Source: Isurus oxyrinchus
Lineage: Eukaryota
NCBI GenBank assembly: GCA_026770705.1
Contig: JANJGN010000013.1
Coordinates: forward strand, 41,168,001-41,232,000
Direction of reading: 5' to 3'
DNA length: 64,000 bases
Shown here piece after piece: positions 12,763 to 25,290 of the stretch (positions within the stretch are counted from its first letter, which is position 1; the number at the start of each line of letters is the position of its first letter). The position numbers and the translations under genes are program-made. The notes beneath the pieces were generated by a model, which made no database searches, was not told where the DNA came from, and worked only from the letters and a program-made list of their open reading frames with translations.

Positions 12763-13139
12763 CGTGGTTTGCTTCAGGGATACAATCTTGTCTTTTCCTT
12801 TGGAAAAAAAACGTAATTTCAAGTGACTGCAGATTGTACTTTAAAAATCCAGTTGCTCCGTTCAAGTTGCTCTTGTCAGGTCCGCAGCTGCTACTTTACC
12901 CTTCTCTGCCGAAGCTGTACGCTTTGGGTCCGATTGCTTTTTCACCCTGAAGTTTGAAGGAGCTGGAAAATGCAAAATAATCCTCTTTTACTCTCAGATG
13001 CGCCTGCTAGCAGCTCATCTTGCTTCTTGAAGCTATCCTTACACATTCAGCAATCAACTCAAAATCATCCTATCTGGGGTAGATGGGACTTTTTTCGGCG
13101 CTCATGCTGTCTCCATCATCTTTGTGTACGAAGCTGTAA

Positions 13140-13240
13140 TTCGCGCATCCTTATTCAGATTTGGTGACGTTTACCGCTACGTACAGGATGTGCCGCCCAA
13201 TCAGAGACACGCTACCATAGAAACGCTTAATTTATAGCAT
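13140..13240 (-). promoter_or_regulatory. Putative Lhx5 proximal promoter
   Basis: About 400-470 bp upstream of the ATG: NF-Y box GCCCAATCAG (13195-13204), CRE-like TGACGT (13165-13170), and TATAAAT on - (13236-13230). The TSS cannot be determined from sequence. Confidence 0.5.
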
Positions 13241-16200
13241 ATCTAAATTGACTGCAACGTTGTGTCCGCACAGAGGAAAACAGCCCATTACCATTGTGGG
13301 TGTTAGATTACTCGGTGCCTAATATCTTAAGTAAGAATGTCCTCCTATTCCCCACTTTCTGATATGAAGATTTTTCTTTTGTCCAACTAAAGGACGTGGT
13401 TTTTGGTAAGTTAACATCTTCTAGGTCGCGTCACCTTTGTGAACAGCGTTTATCCTCGCCAGAAACAGAATCAGAAACCTAGGTGCCCAAATAAAAAGCC
13501 AATTAAGAGATAAAGGTCTCTTTGCATTAGTTTAAAGATCAGAATCCGTGCTCTTTGTCAAGTGATATACAGAATTTGGATGCTAAATACAGTAAACGCT
13601 ATGTCTAGCTGCTAGCCTGGGAAAGGATCTGTCTCTCGCTTTCTCTGTAAAGGCAACTTTATCTGATTGGTACTAATGGTTATAAATTGCGAGGTAATCG
13701 ATTAAGTGGAATGTGTTTTGTCGTAGACTGCTGATTTAAATATGTATTTGGGGAAAAAATCCGAATGTAAGGACCTCTTAAAACTTTCCCCAAAAATGAT
13801 TTGTTTTTGATCGTGTCCAATCGGCAGGGTGATTTTCCAACAAGCACATTTAAGAAGCGCATTTTATGTTTCCCTTCTAGTATATTGTGTTAGTTTTATT
13901 ACATGTTAAATAAAATCAAAAACATAGAATCAGCAGGTTTGCGTGTTATTTTTACAAACTGAAATCGTTTCTGGAATTCACACATCTATGCCTCATTAAC
14001 TTGCATCTTAGCTTTTTGGATGCGGCGACGAACTGAAATATGTGGTTCATTTTTGGAGGGAGCAGCGATTTCCATACATCTCCCCTTGTAGGGTAATTAG
14101 AAAGATATACAGGGTGGATTAACTTTGTAGACTTAAGTTCACAGTTAAAAGGGTGGGCTGACAAGTGCCTGACAAAGCAACTGCTAATGGGAACAGAATG
14201 AAGCTGTTTAATTAGTCATTTCATTTACTGTCTTGGCTTTATCACCTTTGCAGAATAACAAACCAAACATGTTGTATTTACTCACAGTTACATATTTTAC
14301 CCATCTCTCCACAATTCCTTACCTTCTATGCTGTAAGAACTCTGATTTAAAATCAGAAATGTAAGGTAACATATAAATTGGCACAGTGGGGTTATTAAGT
14401 AATTAACAGCTTAGGCATTTAGGGTGTTGATGTAACATCTGAAACTTGATCTGTTGCACTTTCCTGAGTTGAATTTCGGTAACTGGAAGCGAACCAACTC
14501 TTGGACGGGGAAAGGGACAACGAGGGAAACTTTTGAAATCATCAATTATAAAGTACCATTTAACATTGCAACTTTTGATTAAATTCAGTTCTGTACATTT
14601 TGTTAGCTCTGGCACTACGACGTGACCGAAAGATGGAACATGACGCATATACATGTTTCATTAGGTCAGTAATACGCAGCTATCGTAATATTAGATCCCA
14701 TGTTATACGATAGTTACAGCAGGTTTTTTTTCATTGTATTCAATGCGTACAAATATTCGGCCTGCTCACCAGAGGCTGGCTGACTTGCTCTCTTGGTAAC
14801 AGCACGTTACACCTGATTACCGATAAATACATGCAATTTACATTTACTAGGCGTAATACGCAGATGCCATTTCTCGATGCCATAAACGCCACTGTGCATG
14901 TTCAAATAAGCATGGATCAGGCTCTTTAATCACGATTCAAAACAAAATATTCACGCCAGGGTACAAAATAGCACGAGTTGTTCTCATTATGCATATGTTG
15001 TGTATTACAATTCATCGATTTAGCGTGGATTAAGCAACTCTATGTAGGGATGGTAACAACGAGTGGAAACACTAACCCATATTGGGCAAGTCATACACCG
15101 TGCCAAATATGTATATTTTAAAATTAAAATAAACTTCGCATTACATTTTGGAGACTAGAAGACTATGCTTGCAAATAAGGGCGGGTTATCCTCTTTGCTT
15201 ATTTGGCTTGGAGGGCAGTGCCAAACAGATAGATAATCTTCTACTTGTTATTTTTATAGCATAAGGCGTCGCAATTGTTTCAAATATTCTCCGTTCCCAA
15301 TGCAGATTGAAGGGAAGAACTGATTCTTTGTGTGTTTTTTTTAAATTGGCATGAGTATTTATTTAACAGAGACAATAAAACAGCCATGCATTGGAAGCAT
15401 AAATCATCTACATAACATAACTAAAGACAATTTGATGCCGATGGTACCAACGTTCAACAAACTGTTCCGTTTTCATTCGTGTTAATTCATGTGTAGTGGG
15501 AAGTGATTATTTTGACATGGAACCCCAAGTCGTTTCAAATCTGCAGTGTAATGAACCCGAGGTCACGTTTCTGTGACGTTTCAGAAAAGAACAAAAGTCT
15601 GAAAAGGGTTAGTTTAGCTGCAAGATCAGAGCGCACATATATGTGCATTTTGTGAGGCAGAGGCTCAGATCTTTTTGAGCTTTTGTGGGTGAAACCATCA
15701 GCAAGTTATTTTCGAGCAGGTGGACTCGGTTCCAACTTTTACCCTGGCCCGGGCTGCACCATTTGTGAAAGACTTGCATTTCGTTTGCATAAAAGAGCAA
15801 AGATGCCATATAACACATTCCGGCTTTAACTATTTGTACATTTGAGAAGTAATCTGGCGGCCCATCTCAGCCATAAAAGAACATCGCCAGTTATACGCCC
15901 TCCAGGTTATATAGCAAATGTACGGAGTGCACTCAATTTTCCGCTTTGTAGCTAAGCAAACTAAGATCAAAATAAAAAGTATACGTTATTAAAATAAAAC
16001 AGTCGCCTCTCTGTCCCTATTAATAACGAACAAACGCGTGGCTGAGCAACTCAAGGACAGCTCGTCGCTTCTCCAAAAACACTTTAATACACTGTGATGC
16101 CTTTAGTTATAATGGAACAACTAAATTTCTGTTTAGTTAAACCCTTTTATGCCCCGTAACCATTGCTGTTACCCCTGCATGCCTTTCAGCAACACCGACA

Positions 16201-19200
16201 TAAAGCTTTATGTTTTACCGAATCCGTATGTTGTAAATGTTTTGAATAATGATACCAAAACATGATTTGTAATGGATGGAAAATGCCAATCATCCCTATT
16301 TTTGAAGCAGCTTTATTCAGTAATTATCATGACAATAGAGTCGGTAAATGATTATTAATCAATAAACCTAATACACGTCATATAATAGTCGCCCGATTAC
16401 AGAATACTAGGCATAATTCTACTGATAAAATATTTGGGGATGGCACGTATCATAAAAAGCAAAACATTTGCGGGCTGATTTTATTAAAAGCGACGTACAG
16501 AGTAAGGACGTAATTCTAATTCTTAAAGAATCATTTTTAAAAAAAAGCTGCACAAGCAACGCGATTAAGGGAAGTTATTTTGCTCTGTGTGTGCGATTTT
16601 AAAGTTAAACAAACCCAGCATGGCCCTTGTAAATCGTCTAGGCTTTTATAAGTGACTGCTTTTCAAATGATAAATTTAAATAGTTCTCAGCATTCATTAC
16701 CACTGCTTTGATATCAGCGAAGCGTGAGAAATTGCATATAGTACTCTTGCACGACTGCTTCAACCAAGGACTGAGGACAATCGAAATTTGAATCCCTCAC
16801 CGAGGGGAGAAAACATTGCCTCTGCATTAATCGTAAGTTACATCGTTTGAGAATCTATCTATTAACACTGATTTTTCTTGATATCCAAGATCAGTACGTT
16901 TGCTACTGCCAGAACCTCTTCAAAAATGCAATTCCCTTAAGTAATTTTATAGTAAACAGACCAACTCTTCTGGGAGAGCTCTAACTCCTTTAAAACATAT
17001 AACATTTATTTTTATGTGGTCAGATATAATTAGCTCGTCCCACTTTGCGGTGGGAACGTCAGTTTACCCAGAAATCTTTTCACTCACAAAACAAGGGAGA
17101 AACAATCAGTCATGTATATTAAAATCAATCAATTACTTGTCTCATTAAGAAAGCATGAGAAAGAAAAACAGAGGCACTGTGAGCGTGTGCAGTCATATTG
17201 CAGAACAGAACTGAAAAGGATTTTTCAGTATTCCCTAATGATGTGACTGGAAAACAACGCAAGGTAATATGCGCAGATTTTAAGTAACATTGCTTTGGGA
17301 GAAAGGAAAACGTGGGGGGAATTACTTGAAATTAAATACAGCCATAAACAGATCGAGTATTTCATATTCCTTATTTTTTTCGTTTGGTTTTTGAGAAATA
17401 TGCAGAGTAAATATGTATGCAGGTACACAAAGCTTTAAATAGCACGAATATTTACGTATTTCAGACGTGCCTTCAGTAGTGATAGAGACTGATACATTTG
17501 TGTTTACCTGGTCTTTTGGACTTGCTGTAAATGAAGGTGATACAGCGTTACTGCCCCATTTACTGTTGTTTGGAAGGTGTTGGAAAACGCTGAAGCGCTC
17601 CACTAAACTGGCTGGCACCCGCTCAGAGCTTAGAGCGATCGAAGTCAAGTGTAGGAGCTGCTCGCCTCGGGCAAGCAGCACAGACTCAGATGGTATCAGA
17701 AGAATTTGCTTCCAGGGATTACAAGAGAAAGATCTTCTTTTGTATCATTTCAGATGCCATTTTGAACGCTTTTCCCCAATAGCTTCTTAACAGCAATGCG
17801 TTTTTCTTTATTATTATTTTAGTTTTTTGCAACCGTGTATTTCCCAGCAATGTTGTGAGGATAGCCAATACGAAAACAATTAGCGAAAGTAATTGTAATT
17901 CTTTTGGTCGAATAAATTCAGCGATGGGTGCTGCACACTTGATACATGCTTAGTGTTTTATTTAGGAGTTTTGACACCTCAAAAGCAGCGCCCCTCTGAT
18001 TTACAGCCAGAGAGAAGTCTGGAACTGTATTTAAAAAGAGCACTGTTTTTATACGTTTAATGCTTTTATACATGCCCCGCCTTTAAAGAACCGATGTACT
18101 TACCTTATCTGCAAATATGCTTTGATAATTGATTTTCTTTCATAGACTATCTTCATCCTAAAGTTTACAAGGAGTTTGGGACGGACGTCAGGGGATCCTG
18201 CAATTTGTCAAGCAATGCAAATACCTGCTGATTTTAGTCCAGTGACCGAAATCAAATGACTTTGCGGTTGATCTGGATGACCCCTCGTTACATAATCAAC
18301 ACCAGCCTTCGCGTTTTACAATCATCTTGGTTATTTGGTACAATTATTAAATAGACAATGAGTCAAAGAAAATACTGACTAGCCATCGTGCATTGAGAAA
18401 GCACAATGATAGTTAATAGTATAATCTACGAGACGATGGACTATAATGTATTGAGGTTGGACGAATGCTACATACTTAAAACAAGAAACTACCTTGTAAC
18501 AAAAATAAAACTAAATGGAAATTAGAATTATGTTATTGGGACGTAAATACTTTTAGAGTTTACTAACATCAATCGCATAAAATTTACGATAAATACCATT
18601 CGCGTGGTATAGTTTTTTTTAGGTTGGAATTAATTACATGGACCTTAAATGGGGCTGGAAATAAGTTTTAAATTGAAAACTACTTTACATTAGAGCAGAA
18701 ACATAAGGATGGAAACTATGAAAGCTTGAAGATGTCTCTTTATTTATCCTGTATGCTATTTCTAGAGGTTTCCTGATCCTTGTTCATTCTCCCTTTCACT
18801 CGAATTCAGGTAAAAGTATTATGGAATGTGAAAAAGGTAAACAGGAGTATAATGGCAAAGATCTCCAAGATTATAGATCACCTCAACGAACCTTTTGGAA
18901 AGGAAATCCTCCGTTTTGTTTGCAGCCAATTGAACTATAGCTTTCAAATGTTTCTCAAAGAAGAAAAGGTCATTATCTTCCGTTGAATAAGGATGAGATA
19001 TATAAATGCCATCTCTTTTAACATGCATGGAACATTTCTTTTAACTTATTATGCAGGAACAAAGGACACGCGATGAAGATTTGAATACTGCAGCGGTGCT
19101 AGGATTTTTGCATAATTATTCATATAGAAAAATCTATATGCTTACATCTAAGATATATCGAGATTTAATTCTTAAAGAGAAAGCGCCTCCTTGTAAACCT

Positions 19201-20610
19201 ATATCAATCATTCAAATAAAAAGACCTAGGTCACATCGTCCTAAACTGGTATATGAAGATTATTTATTAAGCTTGACACAACACTGTCATTTAAAATAGC
19301 TTCTTTACTTTCAGGAACAGTAAACGTTAACTGTCGAATATAGAAGGAACTCCCGTGAGAATGTTTATGAAGATTTAATAAGTCACTTGTTATGTAAATG
19401 CACTTACAAGAGCCAAAAGTAGAGATGCTGTTCCTTGGGGGTCTACATGAGGTGAATTGTTATTACCACAACAGTGAACTGAATGACTTTTATTTAGCAC
19501 AGAATTGTGATTCAAGACGAAATGTAACATTGCCTTTCAGCAACTATGCATATTCCATTGTAAGTTGTAGACCATATCTCATGGCCTTCAGATCTCTCTG
19601 TTCTTATTTGTAGGAGAACTGGAACTTTGTGAAAGATGTAGATAATTGGTGCGGTTACCTGGTGTCACTGGGAACCCCCAACAAGGGATTTACAATGTAA
19701 TCTCCGTAATAGTATCTTTTTTTTCAAAAACAAAAATAACGTGTCAATTTAAATAGAGACTGCAGTGAGAACATTTCAGTTTAGTTAGTTTGTATCAATA
19801 TTTGGTTGGTTAGTTCTAACTGTGGTACGGTTTATTGTAATGATTTAAGTCTTAAGGTGGAAATCATTGAAGTGTATAAAGTAACCTATCAGAAAAAGGG
19901 TCTATTTCGCAAATCGTTCAGAGAACAAGTACATTATTGTCTGATCAATAATTACTTGTCAATTGCTTCATTCCAGACACCATAAAGGCCGAAAGAAACG
20001 GCATTGAGTCCTTATAAGCAGAAAGTAGTGTATAGAGGCAACGGGACGGGTAACAGTTGAGTATATTTCTGGAGTGGAGATCGCAAAACTCAAGAGTGAC
20101 AAAGTGAGTTATAAAGATTTCGTTTACCCATCAATGATAAAACTTTGGATTTCACAGTCCTTCGAGTAACACTGATACGGGAAAATTACACAGACATTTA
20201 TTATATTGAGTTTATTAAGATATGGAAAAGTCATAAAATAAGTAGAACAATTGAAATAGCTTACGGTGTGATTCAGAACATGCACTGATATTACAGCAGT
20301 TACTGTAGCATCTAAATTACTACTATCAGTAGTACCATTCTAAATTGGAATAGTATAAAACTATTGTTTCTATCTAAAATCTCCTATCTGTTCTTATACA
20401 TATTTAGTATTTTAAGTCATATTTGACCGAATTTGATTGTATAAAGTATTGTTTGATTGTTTTCATAGTTGATAGATTCAATTTTCATTAAGTTTTGACT
20501 GACATGTTTTTAACGCCTTTCACATTTTCGGTCTCAATTGTGAGTTTAAAGGTGGTTTTAAAATATTTTTTTAAGGGCTCCGAACCCTTCACAATAGCAT
20601 CATTTGTTTT

Positions 20611-20820
20611 TGAAAGGAAAACAGAAATTGCTGGAAACAGTCAGCTGGTCGGGTAGCATCTGTGAAGAGAGAAAGGTGGGGTTGTCATTTCCAGTGGTTG
20701 GCCTTTAGTTCTGACGTGAACCCCATCTTCCTCCCACCACAGATGCTGACTGACCCTCATGTGTTTCCTGCATTTTCTCCGTGTTTTTTAGATATATTTC
20801 AGACTTATAGCATCTGCAGT
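20611..20820. mobile_element. Palindromic Penelope-like (pLTR-derived) repeat, copy 1
   Basis: Shares AAAACAGAAA.TGCTGGAAA..CTCAGC...GCATCTGTG with copies 2 and 3; internal inverted arms (AGCATCTGTG/CACAGATGCT, AAGGTGGGGTT/AACCCCATCTT). The Penelope assignment is by recognition, not by search. Confidence 0.6.
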
Positions 20821-21855
20821 GCGGCTCTTAATTCTTTCGACAGAAACCTCTAACGAATGCAAAAGCAAACGTTTCTCAGCTTAATCATACGCTCTAATAG
20901 CCACTGCTTGGAGGTAAGCTTACTACCTTTGTAGTTTCCATTGGACAAAGAACCTCATGGCTCCAGGAACAAAGTGCCAATATACAACGGTCAGTTGGCT
21001 CAATAAAATGCAAAATTACCACGTTAGCTATTGGACAACCACAAGAATATTATTCATATTTAAAAACGGCGATTTTTAAAAAAACCCCAAAGTTGGAGCT
21101 AACGCAATTCACTGAGACGCCATGTTGATTAGTTACCAACTTTAAAAACACCAGGACATTTCCTTTAATTTTAATTTGAAAGTTGTGAATTGGTACCGTG
21201 GCCGGATTGCTCTGTGGGCAAAATGGATTTAGACCAGTAAGTCCCCGCATCTTGAGTTTTCCATGGCCGAATGGGAGTCACGCAGCTTCCTTTAAGATGC
21301 ATCAATGGAGCGCCAGCCAACCAATGCAACCCCTCCCGCCCTTTTAATGTTTTGGTTACAGCCCTAGGGAAAGATGTCTCCCCACCTCGTGACTCAGGAG
21401 AGAGTGACGATAGGAAAGGAGAAAGCACAGAGGAAGCGGTGGAGATAACTTGCAAAGTGTTCCAAACATTCATCGCTTCTAAAACAACTGCATTTCCTGT
21501 TAATCTGTTCTTTTGAAAATGACTTCAATATATAACACTTGCACCAACATTATGCGAGAATAGATCTAATATTCTCGATTTAAACTGTTCAGTTTTTCCT
21601 GAGACACTCGAGCACGTGCATTGGAAAAACTGAAACGTTCATTGACTTCGGATCTTGTTTCTAATTATATTTTACATTGATTAAAACAATGCAGGCCCAG
21701 CAGTAAGCTGCACTTGGCATCATAATGTATGCCACACTGTATCGTATAATTAAAAGCACAACAGAAAGGGTATTTCGGGTTCTGAACCAGGATTTCGGGA
21801 TTCATTACGCTTGCTGATGCAGACACAAAGAAAGACCTGTCTTTAAATGATAACA

Positions 21856-22025
21856 CAAAAGCAAAACACTGTGGATGCTGAAAATCTGAAATAAAAACAG
21901 AAAATGCTGGAAACACTCAGCAGGTCTGGCAGCGTCGGTGGAGAGGGAAACAGAGTTGAACAGGACCTGAAACGTTTACTCTCGACCAGACCTGCCGAGT
22001 ATTTTAAGCATTTTGTTTTTATTTT
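21856..22025. mobile_element. Palindromic Penelope-like repeat, copy 2 (internally deleted)
   Basis: GCAAAACACTGTGGATGCTGAAAATCTGAAATAAAAACAGAAAATGCTGGAAACACTCAGCAGGTCTGG ... CCAGACCTGCCGAGT...GCATTTTGTTTTTATTT fold-back; retains GACCTGAAACGTT. Confidence 0.65.
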
Positions 22026-23559
22026 GTTGCCTTGCATTTATGTAGCATTTATACATACTTCCCAAAATGCTTAAGCGCCAAATAAGTACTTTTAAAAAAA
22101 AACTTTTGCAATGGAGGAAATATATATGTCAAACCTTAGCCTTTGATGAAATAAACCCTTACGCCCTCTTTGCATTCTATTGTCAAAGCAAAATGTTAAC
22201 ACTTTTTGCACGTTTTATTATTAGCGAATTAAATCCGACCAGCTGGACTCGGGATCATTATTTTATTGCAGCACTGGACTACATCTCAGGCAACCGCATG
22301 TTTTAACCAATCATTATCTGATGTCAGAAAAAAAAATCATTAGATCAGTACCAGGATGATATTAATATTGGTGGTTTGGCCTTTCAAAAATATTTCAAGT
22401 TTAAGCAAAACAGATCAGATGATGAGAAACGTGACATGTCTGTGGTACCTAAAGTATTCATATGTTCACACATTCCGAATGTTGTTTGCTAGGCGAACTG
22501 ATAATTTTCGTTTTAAATAGGTTTGATTTCATTTACCTAAAAGGCAAAAGATTGATTTTGAAGAAGTCCAGCGATCTAATAACATTAACAAACTTCGAGA
22601 CATGCAAACATCAGGAACTTTATCAGTTCCAAACACATCCTGACGTAGTCAAATGCTGGGCATTTATTATTTGCAATTATCAAAATATTATCCGTAAGTA
22701 TTTCTTTACTTCAGAAACCATGAGACCTAATGTCACACTTCCTGCCTTCGGATCATTTTTATTTAAACTTCAAACATTATTAAGCAAACCAAAAGACTAG
22801 GTAAATGTCATATTGTAAGTTACATTTCTCAAGTTTGGTATTTAGCTATATTGAATTCTTACCGGGTTGTGTTAAATATACCATCCGAGGAGCATCTTTT
22901 CCCAATAATGTTTCATTTCCATAATAGTAACTCTGCTAATTAGGCTGGTGGATAAAGTAATTACAGAAAATCTGATTCAAACAGGGAGAGCTTTCGTACA
23001 CCTGTATTCGATTTATTTATAATGCAATTTTAAAATCCATTTTCGGCTTTTCTCATTGCTTTATTATGCAAAGGAACCTGATAATGTTTCAATGCATACC
23101 GAAACTATATGTGACATTATAGCATTACATTATTGTTTGCATGATCCCATGAATAATGACTCGGAGCTCCCAAATGAAAAGTTCATTCTTTCCTGTAATT
23201 CCTGATCTGATGACATCAAGTGGGTTATAGGGATTATAACCAGATGTGTTAACCATTTAATAGGGAGTGCAAAATGAACAGAAAGAAACACTTTAAAATG
23301 CTGGGAATTCTTGATTACATTTAGGAAAAGTACATAAGTAAAACGGTATATTTAGTGCGTACGTTATCACAATAGTTGAAGCTTATTGTTGGCATTCAAT
23401 TGCAAATTGCTGGATTTCATTTATATCTGATTTAAACGAACAAAAATGAATGTGACTTTTCCTTTGTTGAAGTGACTAGTATCATATTTTACTGTTTGGA
23501 TATTTGGTTCGATGTTATAATTTGTGAAGCATAAGACACATTTTCCTAGAACCTGGGCT

Positions 23560-23920
23560 TGAGTGCTTACATTGGCCAATAGCTTATCAATAGGCAATTG
23601 TTGCACGACTTTCGCTGGGGCGCTGCGCCTTTAAGGGCGGCGAGCAGCTGCTGGTTTGGGGTAATTGTTCACCAGGTGGGAAGGAGGGAGCGCACACAGG
23701 GGAGAGCCTCGCGCCTCGCGCCTCGCGCCAGCTGGAAGCTCAGCTCGAGAGGAGCTCGCGGGAAAGGCGGGCAGGTGAGAGAAGCTCACGGCAGCTGAGG
23801 GGCCACCTGATTGGCTGGCGGGCTGCAGAGGCGCGCGGCTCATTAGCTTCCCGCCAGCTCGGCTCTGCTGCTCGGCGGCAGGGCGGCATTCCCCGGGCAG
23901 GGCGCCGTGGAGGGAACAAG
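23560..23920. promoter_or_regulatory. Distal CpG island, promoter-like element ~11 kb upstream of Lhx5
   Basis: Sharp GC/CpG-rich block with CCAAT boxes on both strands (23576-23580 +, 23810-23814 -), GC boxes and (GCCTCGC)3 at 23706-23726. Confidence 0.6.
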
Positions 23921-25079
23921 AGAAGGGATCTCTTCTCTTTCTCTCCCTCCATCTGCCAAAGGGGCACAGACACTACTGACCATTACTGCATCTCCTTACT
24001 CACAGTTGCGCTGCCCTGCATCAGAATATTTATTGAGTGATACCCGTTAATGATTAAGGCTTAAATGTTTCAGCATAAATTCCAAGGCAAACCCATATTT
24101 TGACAAGTGCAGAATCAAGCAATTACTTCCAGCGCATTAACGAATTCGATACATTATTGCCCACAACTTAATTCCTTTTTAGCCCATGGTGAGAGGGGGA
24201 AGATGAGACTTGGAAACACGTATCACTTGCATTTTTATCGAACGTTAATAGTCCAAATCATTATTTGAAAATGCAAAAAACAACAATTCATTATTCAAAT
24301 CTCGCTCAATAATACCTTTGCAAAGCCAAGTGCTCGACTGGCTTCCATCAGGGAGGGAATCCCATGTCACAGCGCCAGATGACTCAGCTTTGACATGGAG
24401 TCTTTCTGGAGCAGAAACGTAATGATAGTTGGGACATACGAGTTCCTAAGATAAGAACAATCATTCAAACACCTTAATATTAAGATTACTCGAAAATTCA
24501 CCATTGTACAGAGAATCTGTTCTAGACAAAGGACGAAAATTTCTGCAACTCCTTTTACTTTATCACACTTTTAGCCTGTTCCTTTTTTGATTTTTTTGTC
24601 TGAAGCCTTGATACAATTTTAATGCAAGAACAGGTAATGCAAATAACACAAACTATCCAATTTATTTAATATTGACAGGCGACGAATACAATACTTTGGT
24701 TATATAAAAAGTAAAGTAAAAGCAAGACAAAACATGTATTTTGAACAGGGTCGAGGAGAAACCATGGACAAATAGCCGACTTTATATGAAAACACAGGCT
24801 ACAACAATCTGCAATGGAAGGTAAAATATCGCTGTTAGATTATAAGAAGCATGATGATAACTGATTTATCAATTATACTGAAAATCATGCAACGAATAAG
24901 GAAATGTAGTTACACTAGAAGTTCATGGCCGGTTGACAATGTTGCGTTAAGGAAAAAAATCAGGTCATGTAGCTAGTTGTAAAGGAAAGGCTTAGCTGAA
25001 AATAACTGTGAATTAGTGTATAGCAATGACTCTTGCTTCCCTTTACAAATCCTGATGTTTACCACAAAAGGAAGGAACG

Positions 25080-25290
25080 GCAGCAAACAAAGGCAGATTA
25101 ATCTGTAGTTAGATTGCCTTTTAGTGAGAAGATGGCCTTGACGAGTTAATTAAGCAGCAGCCTGTAAAACCAGTCTATTTGCATAGTAAATCCTGGCCAC
25201 TATGCAAGTGTGGACAATTCTGGTTTAAATTACAGCCTCATGAATATGCTAATCTAGTTGTGGGCTAAAAGGGTTGCCTTAGCAACCTTT
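25080..25290. promoter_or_regulatory. Candidate neural enhancer (Sox/Otx/homeobox/POU/RFX motif cluster)
   Basis: AACAAAG 25086, palindromic CAGATTAATCTG 25094-25105, TTAATTAA 25146, octamer ATTTGCAT 25177, ATGAATATGCTAAT 25240, X-box GTTGCCTTAGCAAC 25273-25286. Confidence 0.5.

Noticed and set aside
12763-12822. 20-aa N-terminal extension from the ORF track (MKLRFFSK...)
   Set aside because: It begins at a TTG; the family N-terminus begins at MVHC and that ATG has a strong Kozak context.
13186-13197. 12-mer GGATGTGCCGCC shared by the promoter and the 3'UTR (5324-5335)
   Set aside because: Many chance 12-mer matches are expected in 64 kb; not supportable without conservation data.
17985-18000. 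CTCF-like motif (ATCAGAGGGGCGCTGC on -)
   Set aside because: The spacing does not fit the CCASYAGRKGGCRS core, so the match is too weak by eye.
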